Assembly: GCA_019244185.1 (NCBI GenBank)
Contig: JAFATB010000019.1
Span: 96,001-160,000, forward strand
Direction of reading: 5' to 3'
DNA length: 64,000 nt
Source of the DNA: Acidobacteriota bacterium
GTDB taxonomy: Bacteria > Acidobacteriota > Thermoanaerobaculia > Gp7-AA8
Below, one piece after another: positions 29,202-38,171 of this stretch. The first letter of the stretch is position 1, and each line of letters opens with the position of its first letter. A program made the position numbers and the translations under genes. The notes beneath the pieces were generated by a model. It did not search any database, was not told where the DNA came from, and saw only the letters and a program-made list of their open reading frames with translations.

Positions 29202-30503
29202 GTGGGAAAGAACGTCGTTATCGTCGGCGGCGGCCTCGCCGGTCTCGCCGCGTCGATCTATCTCGCCCGCGGCGGCCGCAACGTGACGCTCTTCGAAAAG
29301 CGGACGTACCTCGGCGGCCGCGCGATCACCACGCACCGTCACGGCTACCGCTTCAACCTCGGCGCGCACGCGCTCTACCGGCAGGGACACGCCGCCTCCG
29401 TCTATCGCGAGCTCGGGATTCCCGTGCGCGGCAAATCGCCGGCGACCTCCGGCGCGGCACTGTTCCGCGGCGACGCGTACCGGCTGCCGAGCGGCATCTT
29501 CTCGCTGCTCACGACGTCGCTGCTCTCGTTCCGCGGCAAGCGCGAGCTCGTCGCCGCGTTCGTGCGCGTGCGCCGCAACGAGGCCGCGCGCGTCGCCGAT
29601 CAAACTCTCGGCGCATGGCTCGACGCACGCTTCACCGACGCGCGCGCGCGTCAGGTGATGGAAGCGTTCTTCCGCCTCTTCACGTACGCGAACGACGCGC
29701 GCGAGCAACGCGCCTCGCTCGCACTGGCGCAGGCGCGGCTCGGCTTGCGCGGCGTGCTCTATCTCGATGAGGGCTGGCAGAAGCTCGTCGACTCGATGCA
29801 CAGCGCGGCGATCAGCTCCGGCGTGCATTTCGTCAGCAGCGCGCGCATCGTCGGCATCGTGCACGACGACCGCGTGCGCGCCGTGGAGCTCGGCGGACTC
29901 GATCTCGACGCCGATCGCATGGATACCCAGGCAATCGCGTTTCCCGCCGACGATCCCGAGATGGTCGAGGGCGCGCTCATCCCCGCAGACACCGTGCTGC
30001 TCGCCGTCGATCCGACGACCGCGGCGTCGCTGGCGGGCAACACCGGTGAAACGTGGACGCGCGCGCAGCGCGTCAACGCGGCGTGTCTCGACGTCGGCCT
30101 GCGCGCGCTGCCGCGTCCGCGCGCGACGTTCGCGCTCGGCATCGACGAGCCGACGTACCTCTCCGTCCATTCCGCCGCCGCGCATCTCACGCCGAAAGGC
30201 GGCGCGCTGATTCAGCTCGTGCGCTACGGCGGCAGCGACGCGGCCGCGGACGAGCGCGCGCTCGAGGCGATGCTCGACCGCTTTCAGCCCGGTTGGCGCG
30301 AGCTCGTCGTGCACCGCCGCTTCCTGCCGTCGATGACGGTCTCCAACGCGCTGGTCACGCCCGCGAACCCGCGCCCATCCGTCAACACCTCGGTGCGCGG
30401 GCTCTACCTCGCGGGCGACTGGGTCGGCGACGAAGGGCTGCTGTCCGACGCCGCGCTCGCGAGCGCCCGCGCCGCGGCGCGGGCGATTCTCGCGGAAACG
30501 TAG
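29202..30503 (+). CDS. FAD-dependent oxidoreductase (phytoene desaturase/amine oxidase family)
   Basis: VVIVGGGLAGL, LFEK..LGGRA, GLYLAGDWV. Confidence 0.88.
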   Translation: MGKNVVIVGGGLAGLAASIYLARGGRNVTLFEKRTYLGGRAITTHRHGYRFNLGAHALYRQGHAASVYRELGIPVRGKSPATSGAALFRGDAYRLPSGIFSLLTTSLLSFRGKRELVAAFVRVRRNEAARVADQTLGAWLDARFTDARARQVMEAFFRLFTYANDAREQRASLALAQARLGLRGVLYLDEGWQKLVDSMHSAAISSGVHFVSSARIVGIVHDDRVRAVELGGLDLDADRMDTQAIAFPADDPEMVEGALIPADTVLLAVDPTTAASLAGNTGETWTRAQRVNAACLDVGLRALPRPRATFALGIDEPTYLSVHSAAAHLTPKGGALIQLVRYGGSDAAADERALEAMLDRFQPGWRELVVHRRFLPSMTVSNALVTPANPRPSVNTSVRGLYLAGDWVGDEGLLSDAALASARAAARAILAET

Positions 30504-30518
30504 CTGTCGCGATAAAAA

Positions 30519-31475
30519 CTACAGCGGCCGCACGCGGATGCCGCCGCCGGACGAGCGCAGCACGAGACGCGGACCGCCGCCGTTGATCTGGCCTTTCAAC
30601 GAGTCTTCGCCCTGCGTGCCGAGGATCGTCACGGGGACGTTCGAGCTCACGCCGCCGCCGCTGGAGCGCGCGTCGAGATCGAGCTTCACACCCTGCGCGA
30701 TCGCCACGACCACGCCGCCGCCCGAGGTCACGAGACGCGAGTCGCCGCGCGGCTGGCGCGAGAGCTTCGCCTCGATCGAGCCGCCGGACGTTTCGGCGTC
30801 GACCGCGCCCATCGCTTCGTCGACGCGGATGCTGCCGCCGGAGCTGCGCACGTACACGTCGCCGGTCGCGCGCTCGACCGTCACCGAGCCGCCGGACGTC
30901 CGCGCGTCGACTTTGCCCTGCGTTTCGCCGACGTGGATCGAGCCGCCGGAGCTGCGCGCGGTGATCGAGGCCGCGCCGCCCGCGACATCCACCTGACCGC
31001 CGGACGTGTAGAGATTCGCGACGCCGCCGAGACGGCCGGTCTTGATGTTGCCGCCCGAGGTGCGCGCGTCGACGGTGCCGCCGAGGTCGGCGAGGTCGAT
31101 GTTGCCGCCGGAGGTCTTCAGCTCGACGTTCGTGTGCGCGGGGACGCGCACGTTCCACTGCACGCTGAGATTGGAGAAGTTGAACCAGCCGTGATCGTGC
31201 TCGTCCTCGGTATCGATGACGACGTCGTTGCCGTGCTGCTCGAACGTCACTTTGTGATTCTGCAGGTCTTCGGTCGCGTGGCGCCCGTGGGCCTCGCGCA
31301 CGACCTCGATCGCGACGCCGGTGCCGCCGGCGACGACCTTGATGTTTCCGAAGCCGGCGTCGAGGCGCAGCGTGCCTCCGTCGGCGACATCGAAATGGCG
31401 TCGGATGACGTCATCCGCGGCGTGCAGGCGAACGGCGGCGACGAGGAGAAGAGCGAGCGTGATCGTGCGGCGCAT
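30519..31475 (-). CDS. DUF4097 beta-strand repeat protein, secreted
   Basis: Signal peptide; many (T/S)SGG.(I/V) repeats. Confidence 0.88.
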   Translation of the reverse strand: MRRTITLALLLVAAVRLHAADDVIRRHFDVADGGTLRLDAGFGNIKVVAGGTGVAIEVVREAHGRHATEDLQNHKVTFEQHGNDVVIDTEDEHDHGWFNFSNLSVQWNVRVPAHTNVELKTSGGNIDLADLGGTVDARTSGGNIKTGRLGGVANLYTSGGQVDVAGGAASITARSSGGSIHVGETQGKVDARTSGGSVTVERATGDVYVRSSGGSIRVDEAMGAVDAETSGGSIEAKLSRQPRGDSRLVTSGGGVVVAIAQGVKLDLDARSSGGGVSSNVPVTILGTQGEDSLKGQINGGGPRLVLRSSGGGIRVRPL

Positions 31476-31484
31476 GCGGCTTCA

Positions 31485-31510
31485 TACGCGGCGCGGGCCG
31501 AAAAGTTTGC
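31485..31510 (-). promoter_or_regulatory. Putative ECF (SigW-like) promoter
   Basis: GCAAAC-N16-CGTA upstream of the DUF4097 gene. Confidence 0.55.
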
Positions 31511-31527
31511 AGTACACTCCGACCGGT

Positions 31528-31998
31528 ATGGCCATGGATGAAGGTGAGTTTCGCGCGGCGATGTCGCATTTCGCCAGCGGCGTGACGGTCGTGACGACCG
31601 AGCACGAAGGCAAGCGGTATGGCATGACGGTGGCGTCCTTCGCGTCGCTCTCGCTGCATCCGCCCCTCGTCATCGTCTGCATCGAGAAGAGCGTGAAGTC
31701 GCACGACGCGATCGCCGCCGCGGGCCGCTTCGGCGTGAGCATCCTGGCCCTCGATCAGAAAGACGTCTCCGGCCGCTTCGCCTCGAAGCGCGACGACAAG
31801 TTCGACGGCGTGGCCGTCCGCGAGGGCGCGCTCGGCGTACCGCTCATCGAAGGCGCGATCTGCACCCTCGAATGCCGCATCCATCAGCAGCTTCCCGGCG
31901 GCGATCATTCGATCTTCGTCGGCGAAGTGGTCGACGCGCAGATGCGCGAAGCCGCGCCGCTGGTCTACTTCCGCAGCGCGTATCGAGAGCTCGCGTAA
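31528..31998 (+). CDS. Flavin reductase family protein
   Basis: FRAAMSHFASGVTVVTT, GMTVASFASLSLHPPL, GGDHSIFVGEV. Confidence 0.92.
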   Translation: MAMDEGEFRAAMSHFASGVTVVTTEHEGKRYGMTVASFASLSLHPPLVIVCIEKSVKSHDAIAAAGRFGVSILALDQKDVSGRFASKRDDKFDGVAVREGALGVPLIEGAICTLECRIHQQLPGGDHSIFVGEVVDAQMREAAPLVYFRSAYRELA

Positions 31999-32011
31999 CG
32001 TGCCGCGCGAC

Positions 32012-32842
32012 ATGAGCGACGCGCTGCGCGCGACCTTTCGCCGCGTCCTGCGGCTCGAGAATCGCCGGCAGGTCATCCGCTCCGGCCGCATCGAGCGCAT
32101 CAGCGGCTTCGCATCCGGGATCCTCGGCAACGCGCGCGAGATCACGGTCTATCTCCCCGCCGGCTACGACGAGCGCGACGACCGCCGCTATCCCGTGCTG
32201 TACATGCAGGACGGGCAGAATCTCTTCGACTCCGAACGCGCGTTCATCCCCGGCCAGCACTGGCGCCTCGGCGAGTCCGCCGACCTCGCGATCGGCGAGC
32301 GCACGGCGTCTCCGATGATCATCGTCGGCGTCGACAACGCCGGCCCCGCGCGCATCGACGAGTACACGCCCGTGCGCGACGCGAAGCACAACGGCGGCGG
32401 CCGCGCCGACGACTATGGCCGCATGCTCATCGAGGAGCTGAAGCCGCAGATCGACGAGCGTTTCCGCACGATTCCCGATGACACCGCGATCGGCGGCTCG
32501 TCCCTCGGCGGACTCGTGTCGCTGCATCTCGCATTGCAACGTCCCGATGTGTTTCATCGCGCGGCAGTGATGTCGCCTTCCGTGTGGTGGTCGGATCGCG
32601 CGGTGCTCGGCACCGTCGACGCGTTCGACGGTCCGCGACCGCGGCTCTGGCTCGACATCGGCGGCCGCGAGGGCACCGAAGCGCTCACCGATGCGCGCAC
32701 GCTGCGCGACCGCCTCCGCGCGAAGGGGTGGAAAGACGACGAGGACTTCCGCTACTTCGAGGATCGCCGCGCCGATCACAGCGAGCGCGCGTGGGCCAAA
32801 CGGGCGCGGCAGGTGCTGGAGTTTTTGTTCCCGCCAGCGTAG
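32012..32842 (+). CDS. Alpha/beta-hydrolase putative esterase
   Basis: VYLPAGY..YPVLYMQDGQNLF, GGSSLGG nucleophile elbow, HSERAW. Confidence 0.9.
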   Translation: MSDALRATFRRVLRLENRRQVIRSGRIERISGFASGILGNAREITVYLPAGYDERDDRRYPVLYMQDGQNLFDSERAFIPGQHWRLGESADLAIGERTASPMIIVGVDNAGPARIDEYTPVRDAKHNGGGRADDYGRMLIEELKPQIDERFRTIPDDTAIGGSSLGGLVSLHLALQRPDVFHRAAVMSPSVWWSDRAVLGTVDAFDGPRPRLWLDIGGREGTEALTDARTLRDRLRAKGWKDDEDFRYFEDRRADHSERAWAKRARQVLEFLFPPA

Positions 32843-32854
32843 TTTCGGCTCGCA

Positions 32855-33865
32855 ATGACGGCGCCGCGCGATGCGCTCGACCGGCCCATCCGCGATCTTC
32901 GGATCTCGGTCACGGACCGCTGTAACTTCCGCTGCACGTACTGCATGCCGAAGGAGGTCTTCGGCCGCGACTTCGCGTTCCTGCGCCGCGACGAGCTGCT
33001 GACGTTCGAGGAGATCGCGCGCCTCGCACGCGTCTTCGTCCGCGCGGGCGTCGAGAAGGTGCGCCTCACCGGCGGCGAGCCGCTGCTCCGCCGCGATCTC
33101 GAGTCGCTCGTCGCCCAACTCGCCGCGACCGGCGTGCGCGATCTCGCGCTGACGACGAACGGCTCGCTGCTAACGCGCGCGAAAGCACGCGGCCTGCACG
33201 ACGCCGGCCTGCATCGTGTGACCATCAGCCTCGACTCGCTCGATGACGCGATGTTCCGCGCGATGAACGACGTCGACTTTCCGGTGACGCGCGTGCTCGA
33301 CGCCATCGACGCCGCCGCGGACGCGGGGCTCACTCCCGTGAAGATCGACGTGGTCGTGAAGCGCGGGATGAACGACCGTGACATCCCCGCGATCGCGGAA
33401 CGCTTCCGCGGCACCGGTCACATCGTTCGCTTCATCGAGTACATGGACGTCGGCAACTCGAACGGCTGGCGCATCGACGATGTCGTCTCCGGCCGCGAGA
33501 TCCTGGAGACGCTGCAGCGCAACTGGCCGCTCGTCCCCGCCGATCGCGAGTACTTCGGCGAGGTCGCGGAACGCTGGCACTACGCCGACGGCGCTGGCGA
33601 GATCGGGATCATCACGTCCGTCACGCAGCCGTTCTGCGGCAGCTGCACCCGCGCCCGCCTGGCCGCGAACGGCGAGCTCTATCTCTGCCTCTTCGCCTCA
33701 CGCGGCCACGATCTCCGCGCCCTGCTCCGCCGCGGCGCCACCGACGACGAGCTGTTCGCGACGATCGCCGGCATCTGGAGCACACGCACCGACCGCTACT
33801 CCGAGGTGCGCGCCGACGCGACGCCCGACCTGCGCAAAGTCGAGATGTCGCACATCGGGGGATGA
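32855..33865 (+). CDS. moaA: GTP 3',8-cyclase MoaA
   Basis: [43 protein letters not shown]-terminus. Confidence 0.96.
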   Translation: MTAPRDALDRPIRDLRISVTDRCNFRCTYCMPKEVFGRDFAFLRRDELLTFEEIARLARVFVRAGVEKVRLTGGEPLLRRDLESLVAQLAATGVRDLALTTNGSLLTRAKARGLHDAGLHRVTISLDSLDDAMFRAMNDVDFPVTRVLDAIDAAADAGLTPVKIDVVVKRGMNDRDIPAIAERFRGTGHIVRFIEYMDVGNSNGWRIDDVVSGREILETLQRNWPLVPADREYFGEVAERWHYADGAGEIGIITSVTQPFCGSCTRARLAANGELYLCLFASRGHDLRALLRRGATDDELFATIAGIWSTRTDRYSEVRADATPDLRKVEMSHIGG

Positions 33866-34033
33866 CCGACCCAGAGCGCCTCCGGCGGGCCGGCGCGGCC
33901 GGCAGCGCTAAGGGCCTAGCCATTACGCACGTGCGGCTGCAGTCAACGTCATTCAAGGCAACGCACGTGCGGATAGGCTAAGCCCTTAGCGCTGCCGGCC
34001 GCGCCGGCCCGCCGGAGGCGCTCCCCGGTCGGT
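33865..34033. repeat. Long inverted repeat (REPIN/MITE-like)
   Basis: 42-bp perfect IR (33874-33915 / 33982-34023) within about 70-bp imperfect arms. Confidence 0.85.
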
Positions 34034-34206
34034 TACTCCCGTCCGCCGTTGTACTTCTCCTTCGACGAGCTCGGCACGGTCGACAGGGCGACGGCGTTCT
34101 TGGTCGGCAGCGATGACTTGGGGCCGAACGGCTGCACGCGCGCGGTGTAGGTGCGCTCGCGCATCGCGCGGCCTTCCTTGATCTCCTGAATCTGGCTCTT
34201 CTTCAT
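34033..34206 (-). CDS. Small basic hypothetical protein (57 aa)
   Basis: ATGA overlap with the UDG stop; GC3-rich codons. Confidence 0.55.
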   Translation of the reverse strand: MKKSQIQEIKEGRAMRERTYTARVQPFGPKSSLPTKNAVALSTVPSSSKEKYNGGRE

Positions 34207-34862
34207 GACCGCGGATTTTGCGACAGTCGGGCCATTCCTTCGACGAAAAGGTTCTTGCCGCCTTGGGACGGATGGCGGACTTTCGTGTGCTCGATGCCGA
34301 GGCGCTGGAGGCTGAGGGACGCGTGATTGCCGATCGCGACGAGTTGGGTGAAGGGAAAGAGCGCGAGGAGGCGTTCGATGAACGGTTGTCCGGCGAGCAG
34401 CTCGGCGGCGGTCGGTGCGCGGTTCGAGTCGGGAGTATCGGCGTCGAAGGGATGGAACGGGAACGCGTTCCAGAGCATCGGCAGCGGTGAGATCGTCTTG
34501 ATCGTGCCCCACACCATCGTCGCGCTGGCTTCGGTGGAGAGGCGCGGACCGGCGGTGGCTTTGCGGTAGCCGCGGTCGGCGCCGAGGATCGGGCCGCTGG
34601 TGGTGGAGACCCCGCCGAGCATCACGCTCTCGCTGACGAACGGGATGCCGGTGAGGCGTCCGCCGCGATAGCTCGGAGCCTCGCCGATGAGCAGCATGCG
34701 CGGCGCGATGGATTCGAGTTGTTCGAGATAGAGCCGCAGATTGCGGCGGCGGATCGCGTTCATCGGCAGGTCGCCTTCGAAGCGCGAGTACTGATTGCAC
34801 GCGCGTTCGGAGACCTCGACCTCGCTGAGCTCGCGGAGGAGCTTGTCGAAGCGCCGCGTCAC
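34203..34862 (-). CDS. Uracil-DNA glycosylase superfamily protein
   Basis: LIGEAPSYRGG..TGIPF, LWNAFPFHP, VRHPSQGG; GTGA overlap with the DUF2207 stop. Confidence 0.85.
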   Translation of the reverse strand: MTRRFDKLLRELSEVEVSERACNQYSRFEGDLPMNAIRRRNLRLYLEQLESIAPRMLLIGEAPSYRGGRLTGIPFVSESVMLGGVSTTSGPILGADRGYRKATAGPRLSTEASATMVWGTIKTISPLPMLWNAFPFHPFDADTPDSNRAPTAAELLAGQPFIERLLALFPFTQLVAIGNHASLSLQRLGIEHTKVRHPSQGGKNLFVEGMARLSQNPRS

Positions 34863-36697
34863 CACCCGCCGCCGCCTCCGCCGCCCGAGCTCGCGCCGCC
34901 TCCGCTGCTGCTCGACGACGGCGCCGAGACTCCGGCGGACATCGCGCCGACCGCCACCGCCCACGAGCCGGTCGCGCCCGCGCCGCCGAAGGCACCTCCG
35001 CCGCCGGTCCATGACGAGCCGGACGAGCCGGATGACGATGACGAGGACGACGACCACGTCGCCGTGTTCATCGTGTGCGCCGACGCGCCGCCGTACGCGC
35101 GGAACCAACGGTCAACGTGTTTACCAAGTCCGAAGGCGAGCACGTAGGGGAACCATTCGTCGCGCAGCGCGGGGTTCGGCAGCGCGAGCTGCTGCGCGAA
35201 GAAGTCACGCGCGCCGGCGATGCGCTTGCGGAAGCGGATCTTCTCGGGCGCGTCCTGAATCTTCATCAGATCGATGGCCAGCCAGAGCACGGCCAGGGCG
35301 AGCGCGGTGAGGCCGGCGATCGTCAGCGGCTCGAGTCCCCACGTCGACGCATTGAGGCAGCAGAGGAGCGCCGGCAGGCTCGCCAGCGTGCACCCCACCG
35401 TGGCGCTGATGAACGCCCCGCGAGTATGCGCGATCGCTTTCCGTGCCGCCGATGCGGCGATGACCCATGCGAAGACGGCGAAGAAGAACGTCAGGAAGCC
35501 GCCCAGCGCGGCGGCCATGCGGTTCGGCTCGTCCGGCGCGCGCACGCCGGCGACGATGACCATCGCGGCAGCGGCGAGGAATACGAGCACGCGTGGCCCG
35601 AGGATGAAGCGCGGCGACGTCAGCTGCCATTCGGGACGCGTCTGCAGCTGCGCGAGCACGCCGTCGGAGATCGCCTTGCCGGGATCGAAGCCGCTGCTGC
35701 GGTAATGCTTCTTGATCGCGTCGGTGTCGGTCTCGATGCGGCCGTCGAAGAAGAGCTTCGCGATCAGCGCGCCTTCGTAATCGCGCAGCGAATTGCGATC
35801 GACCTTCAGCGTGAGGTGCAGCACGTCGTCGTCGACGCGCGTGGCGAGCTTTCCCTCCTGCGTCATGCGCGCGAGCGTGGCCGCGACTTCCGCGGAGCCG
35901 ACGTCGTCGTCCCACGCCGCGCCCGCGATTTCGGGCGGCAGCTCGAGCAGCAGCGGATCGAAGCGCGGCTCGACTTTGTCGAAGCGGCCGGTGGGGCGTT
36001 CGCCGGCGATGAAGGAGACGACGAGCAGCGCGACGATCGCGAGAAATCCGAGAAGAAACCCGCGGCCGATCCAGCGCGGCAGCACGCCCGCGACGCCGGA
36101 CGGTGCGCGCGCGCCGGCGTACGTCAGCTGCTCGCGGACGATCACGTGCTCGCCCGGTGCGAGATGCTCGCGCGTGAGCGCGACCGGCGTCGCGCCGCTC
36201 CAGACCGGGTCGAACGTCACGTGCAGCGTGAAGCGCTCGACCTCGCCGGAACGTTCGGGGAGTCCGAAGTCGTGCGCGAGCGAATAGCCGGTGCCGCCTT
36301 CGGGCACGAGCACGTTCGACTCGACGTAATCGAGCACGTACGTGAGCTCTTGATTGCTGAACGGCGGATCGCTCGGCAGGCGGCTGCGCCAGCGCAGCAC
36401 GCCGTGCGATGTGAACGCGTAGCGATCGACGGCGTCGAGGTTGCCTTCTTCGAGCGCGATCTCACGTCCGCCATCGATGCGCTTCACGCTGTTGAGCGTG
36501 ATCTCCTGTTTTCCGCGCAGATTGAACGAGCGCTCGCCGCCGTTCCAGTCGCCGTCGAACACCATCGCCTGGCGCTCGACGACGTGCAGGTAGCCTTCCG
36601 CGTCGAGATGCGCATCGACGTCGATCGACGTCCAGTGCAGTGTTTTTCCAAAGAGCGGCGATGCGAGGAACAGCAGGAGTACAGCGGTACGGCGCAT
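34859..36697 (-). CDS. DUF2207 family membrane protein
   Basis: Signal peptide, IDVDAHLDAEG.LHVVE, multiple TMs, PYVLAFG, Ser/Gly tail ending GGGGGGW. Confidence 0.85.
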   Translation of the reverse strand: MRRTAVLLLFLASPLFGKTLHWTSIDVDAHLDAEGYLHVVERQAMVFDGDWNGGERSFNLRGKQEITLNSVKRIDGGREIALEEGNLDAVDRYAFTSHGVLRWRSRLPSDPPFSNQELTYVLDYVESNVLVPEGGTGYSLAHDFGLPERSGEVERFTLHVTFDPVWSGATPVALTREHLAPGEHVIVREQLTYAGARAPSGVAGVLPRWIGRGFLLGFLAIVALLVVSFIAGERPTGRFDKVEPRFDPLLLELPPEIAGAAWDDDVGSAEVAATLARMTQEGKLATRVDDDVLHLTLKVDRNSLRDYEGALIAKLFFDGRIETDTDAIKKHYRSSGFDPGKAISDGVLAQLQTRPEWQLTSPRFILGPRVLVFLAAAAMVIVAGVRAPDEPNRMAAALGGFLTFFFAVFAWVIAASAARKAIAHTRGAFISATVGCTLASLPALLCCLNASTWGLEPLTIAGLTALALAVLWLAIDLMKIQDAPEKIRFRKRIAGARDFFAQQLALPNPALRDEWFPYVLAFGLGKHVDRWFRAYGGASAHTMNTATWSSSSSSSSGSSGSSWTGGGGAFGGAGATGSWAVAVGAMSAGVSAPSSSSSGGGASSGGGGGGGW

Positions 36698-36730
36698 CCG
36701 GCGATTCTACGCGCGTGCGCGCCGCGGCCT

Positions 36731-37882
36731 TCAGTGCCGCACGCCGCGCCGGCGCGGACCGGCGCCTGTTTCCGACGCGATGTGATACAGCGCGCCCGCG
36801 TCGTAGTCGGCCACGTACAACTCGCCGGCGACGTCTTCGCCGAACGTGCTGATGGCCAAGTCGGTGTCGAGCAGCGTGCGCGCGGTGATGCTGCCGTTGC
36901 TGAGGCGCGTGGCGCCGTCGATGCGGCCGTTGCAGTAATCGCCGTAGACGTACGTTCCGACGAGCCGCGGATAGCGCGCGCCGCGATAGACGTAGCCGCC
37001 GGTGATCGAGCAAGCGCCGTCGTCGTGCCCGTATTCGAGCACCGGCAGCACGAACGATATGTCGCCGCAGTTGGTCGCCGGGTTGAAGCAATGCGTCCCT
37101 TCCATGCGTCGCCAGCCGTAGTTCTCGCCGCCGATGCTGCTCGCGGGCTGGAAGTCGATCTCTTCCCAGTCGCCCTGGCCGACGTCGGCGATCCAGAGGT
37201 CGCCGGTCGTGCGATCGAAGGAGAAGCGCCAGGGATTGCGCAGCCCGTACGCCCAGATCTCGCCGCGCGCGCCGGCGTGTCCGACGAACGGATTCGAGGC
37301 GGGCACGGTGTAGCCGCTCGTGTTGCGGACGTCGATGCGCAGCAGCTTGCCGAGGAGCTCGCCCAGGTTCTGCGCGCGATTGCCGGGATCGCCACCGGAG
37401 CCGCCGTCGCCCATGCCGATGTACAGAAAGCCATCCGGGCCGAACTGCAGCTGTCCGCCGTTATGGTTGACGAACGGCTGATCGATCGTGAGCAGCACGC
37501 GCGCGGACGCGGGATCGGCGCGATTCGGATCGCTCGACGACACGGAGTAGCGCGCGATCACGGTGTCGCCGTTGCCGGCGCGCGCGGTGTAGTCGACGTA
37601 GAAGAAGCCGTTGTGCGCGAAATCGGGATCGAACGCGACGCTGAGCAGTCCCTGCTCGCCGCCATAGAGAACGAGCGCCCGGATGTCGAGAAACGGCTCG
37701 GGCACCAGACGCGTGCCGTCGAAGATCCTCACGCGCCCCGGCTGCTCGGTAATGAAGAGTCGCGCGTCGCCGGCGTGCGTGACGGAAACGGGATGGTCGA
37801 GACCGCTCACGACCGGCTCGAGCGAGATCGTTTGCGCGAGCGCGGGAATGGCAACGAAGAGGACGACGAGGAGCCGTTTCAT
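36731..37882 (-). CDS. PQQ-dependent sugar dehydrogenase (GSDH family), secreted
   Basis: GEQGLLSVAF, NHNGGQLQFGPDG.LYIGMGDGG, YGLRNPWRFSFD; C-terminal PRRRGVRH. Confidence 0.9.
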   Translation of the reverse strand: MKRLLVVLFVAIPALAQTISLEPVVSGLDHPVSVTHAGDARLFITEQPGRVRIFDGTRLVPEPFLDIRALVLYGGEQGLLSVAFDPDFAHNGFFYVDYTARAGNGDTVIARYSVSSSDPNRADPASARVLLTIDQPFVNHNGGQLQFGPDGFLYIGMGDGGSGGDPGNRAQNLGELLGKLLRIDVRNTSGYTVPASNPFVGHAGARGEIWAYGLRNPWRFSFDRTTGDLWIADVGQGDWEEIDFQPASSIGGENYGWRRMEGTHCFNPATNCGDISFVLPVLEYGHDDGACSITGGYVYRGARYPRLVGTYVYGDYCNGRIDGATRLSNGSITARTLLDTDLAISTFGEDVAGELYVADYDAGALYHIASETGAGPRRRGVRH

Positions 37883-37946
37883 ACGAGCGCTTCCATGCAA
37901 GGATCGGGAACGATTCTTGAGATCGAACGGCGCGGAGGGACACCGA

Positions 37947-38120
37947 ATGGGAACGATTGATCAACCCAAGCCGAGTGCGCCGAAGTCGCCGCAGCCGGAC
38001 GTGCAGCCGCTGCAGCCGGGCGAGACCGTCATCTCGCGCTCGAATTCCGCCGATCCGCAGCGCGTCAATCACCAGACGCCGGACTCTCAGCACGAGAAGT
38101 TCCGCGACGAGGAGCGATAA
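37947..38120 (+). CDS. Small hydrophilic hypothetical protein (57 aa)
   Basis: GGAGG RBS; GC3-rich codons; fills the intergenic gap. Confidence 0.6.
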   Translation: MGTIDQPKPSAPKSPQPDVQPLQPGETVISRSNSADPQRVNHQTPDSQHEKFRDEER

Positions 38121-38171
38121 ACCACTGGCGTTGCGCGGCGGCAGCGTTCGCGCCGCGCGACGCTCACCCGC

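Noticed and set aside
35075-37960. Long Arg/Ala-rich antisense ORFs (for example 961 aa here and 1067 aa at 21267-24470)
   Set aside because: Typical high-GC shadow frames opposite well-supported genes.
38121-38171. c-di-AMP (ydaO) riboswitch before the KimA-like permease
   Set aside because: The gap is only about 50 nt and lacks the consensus.
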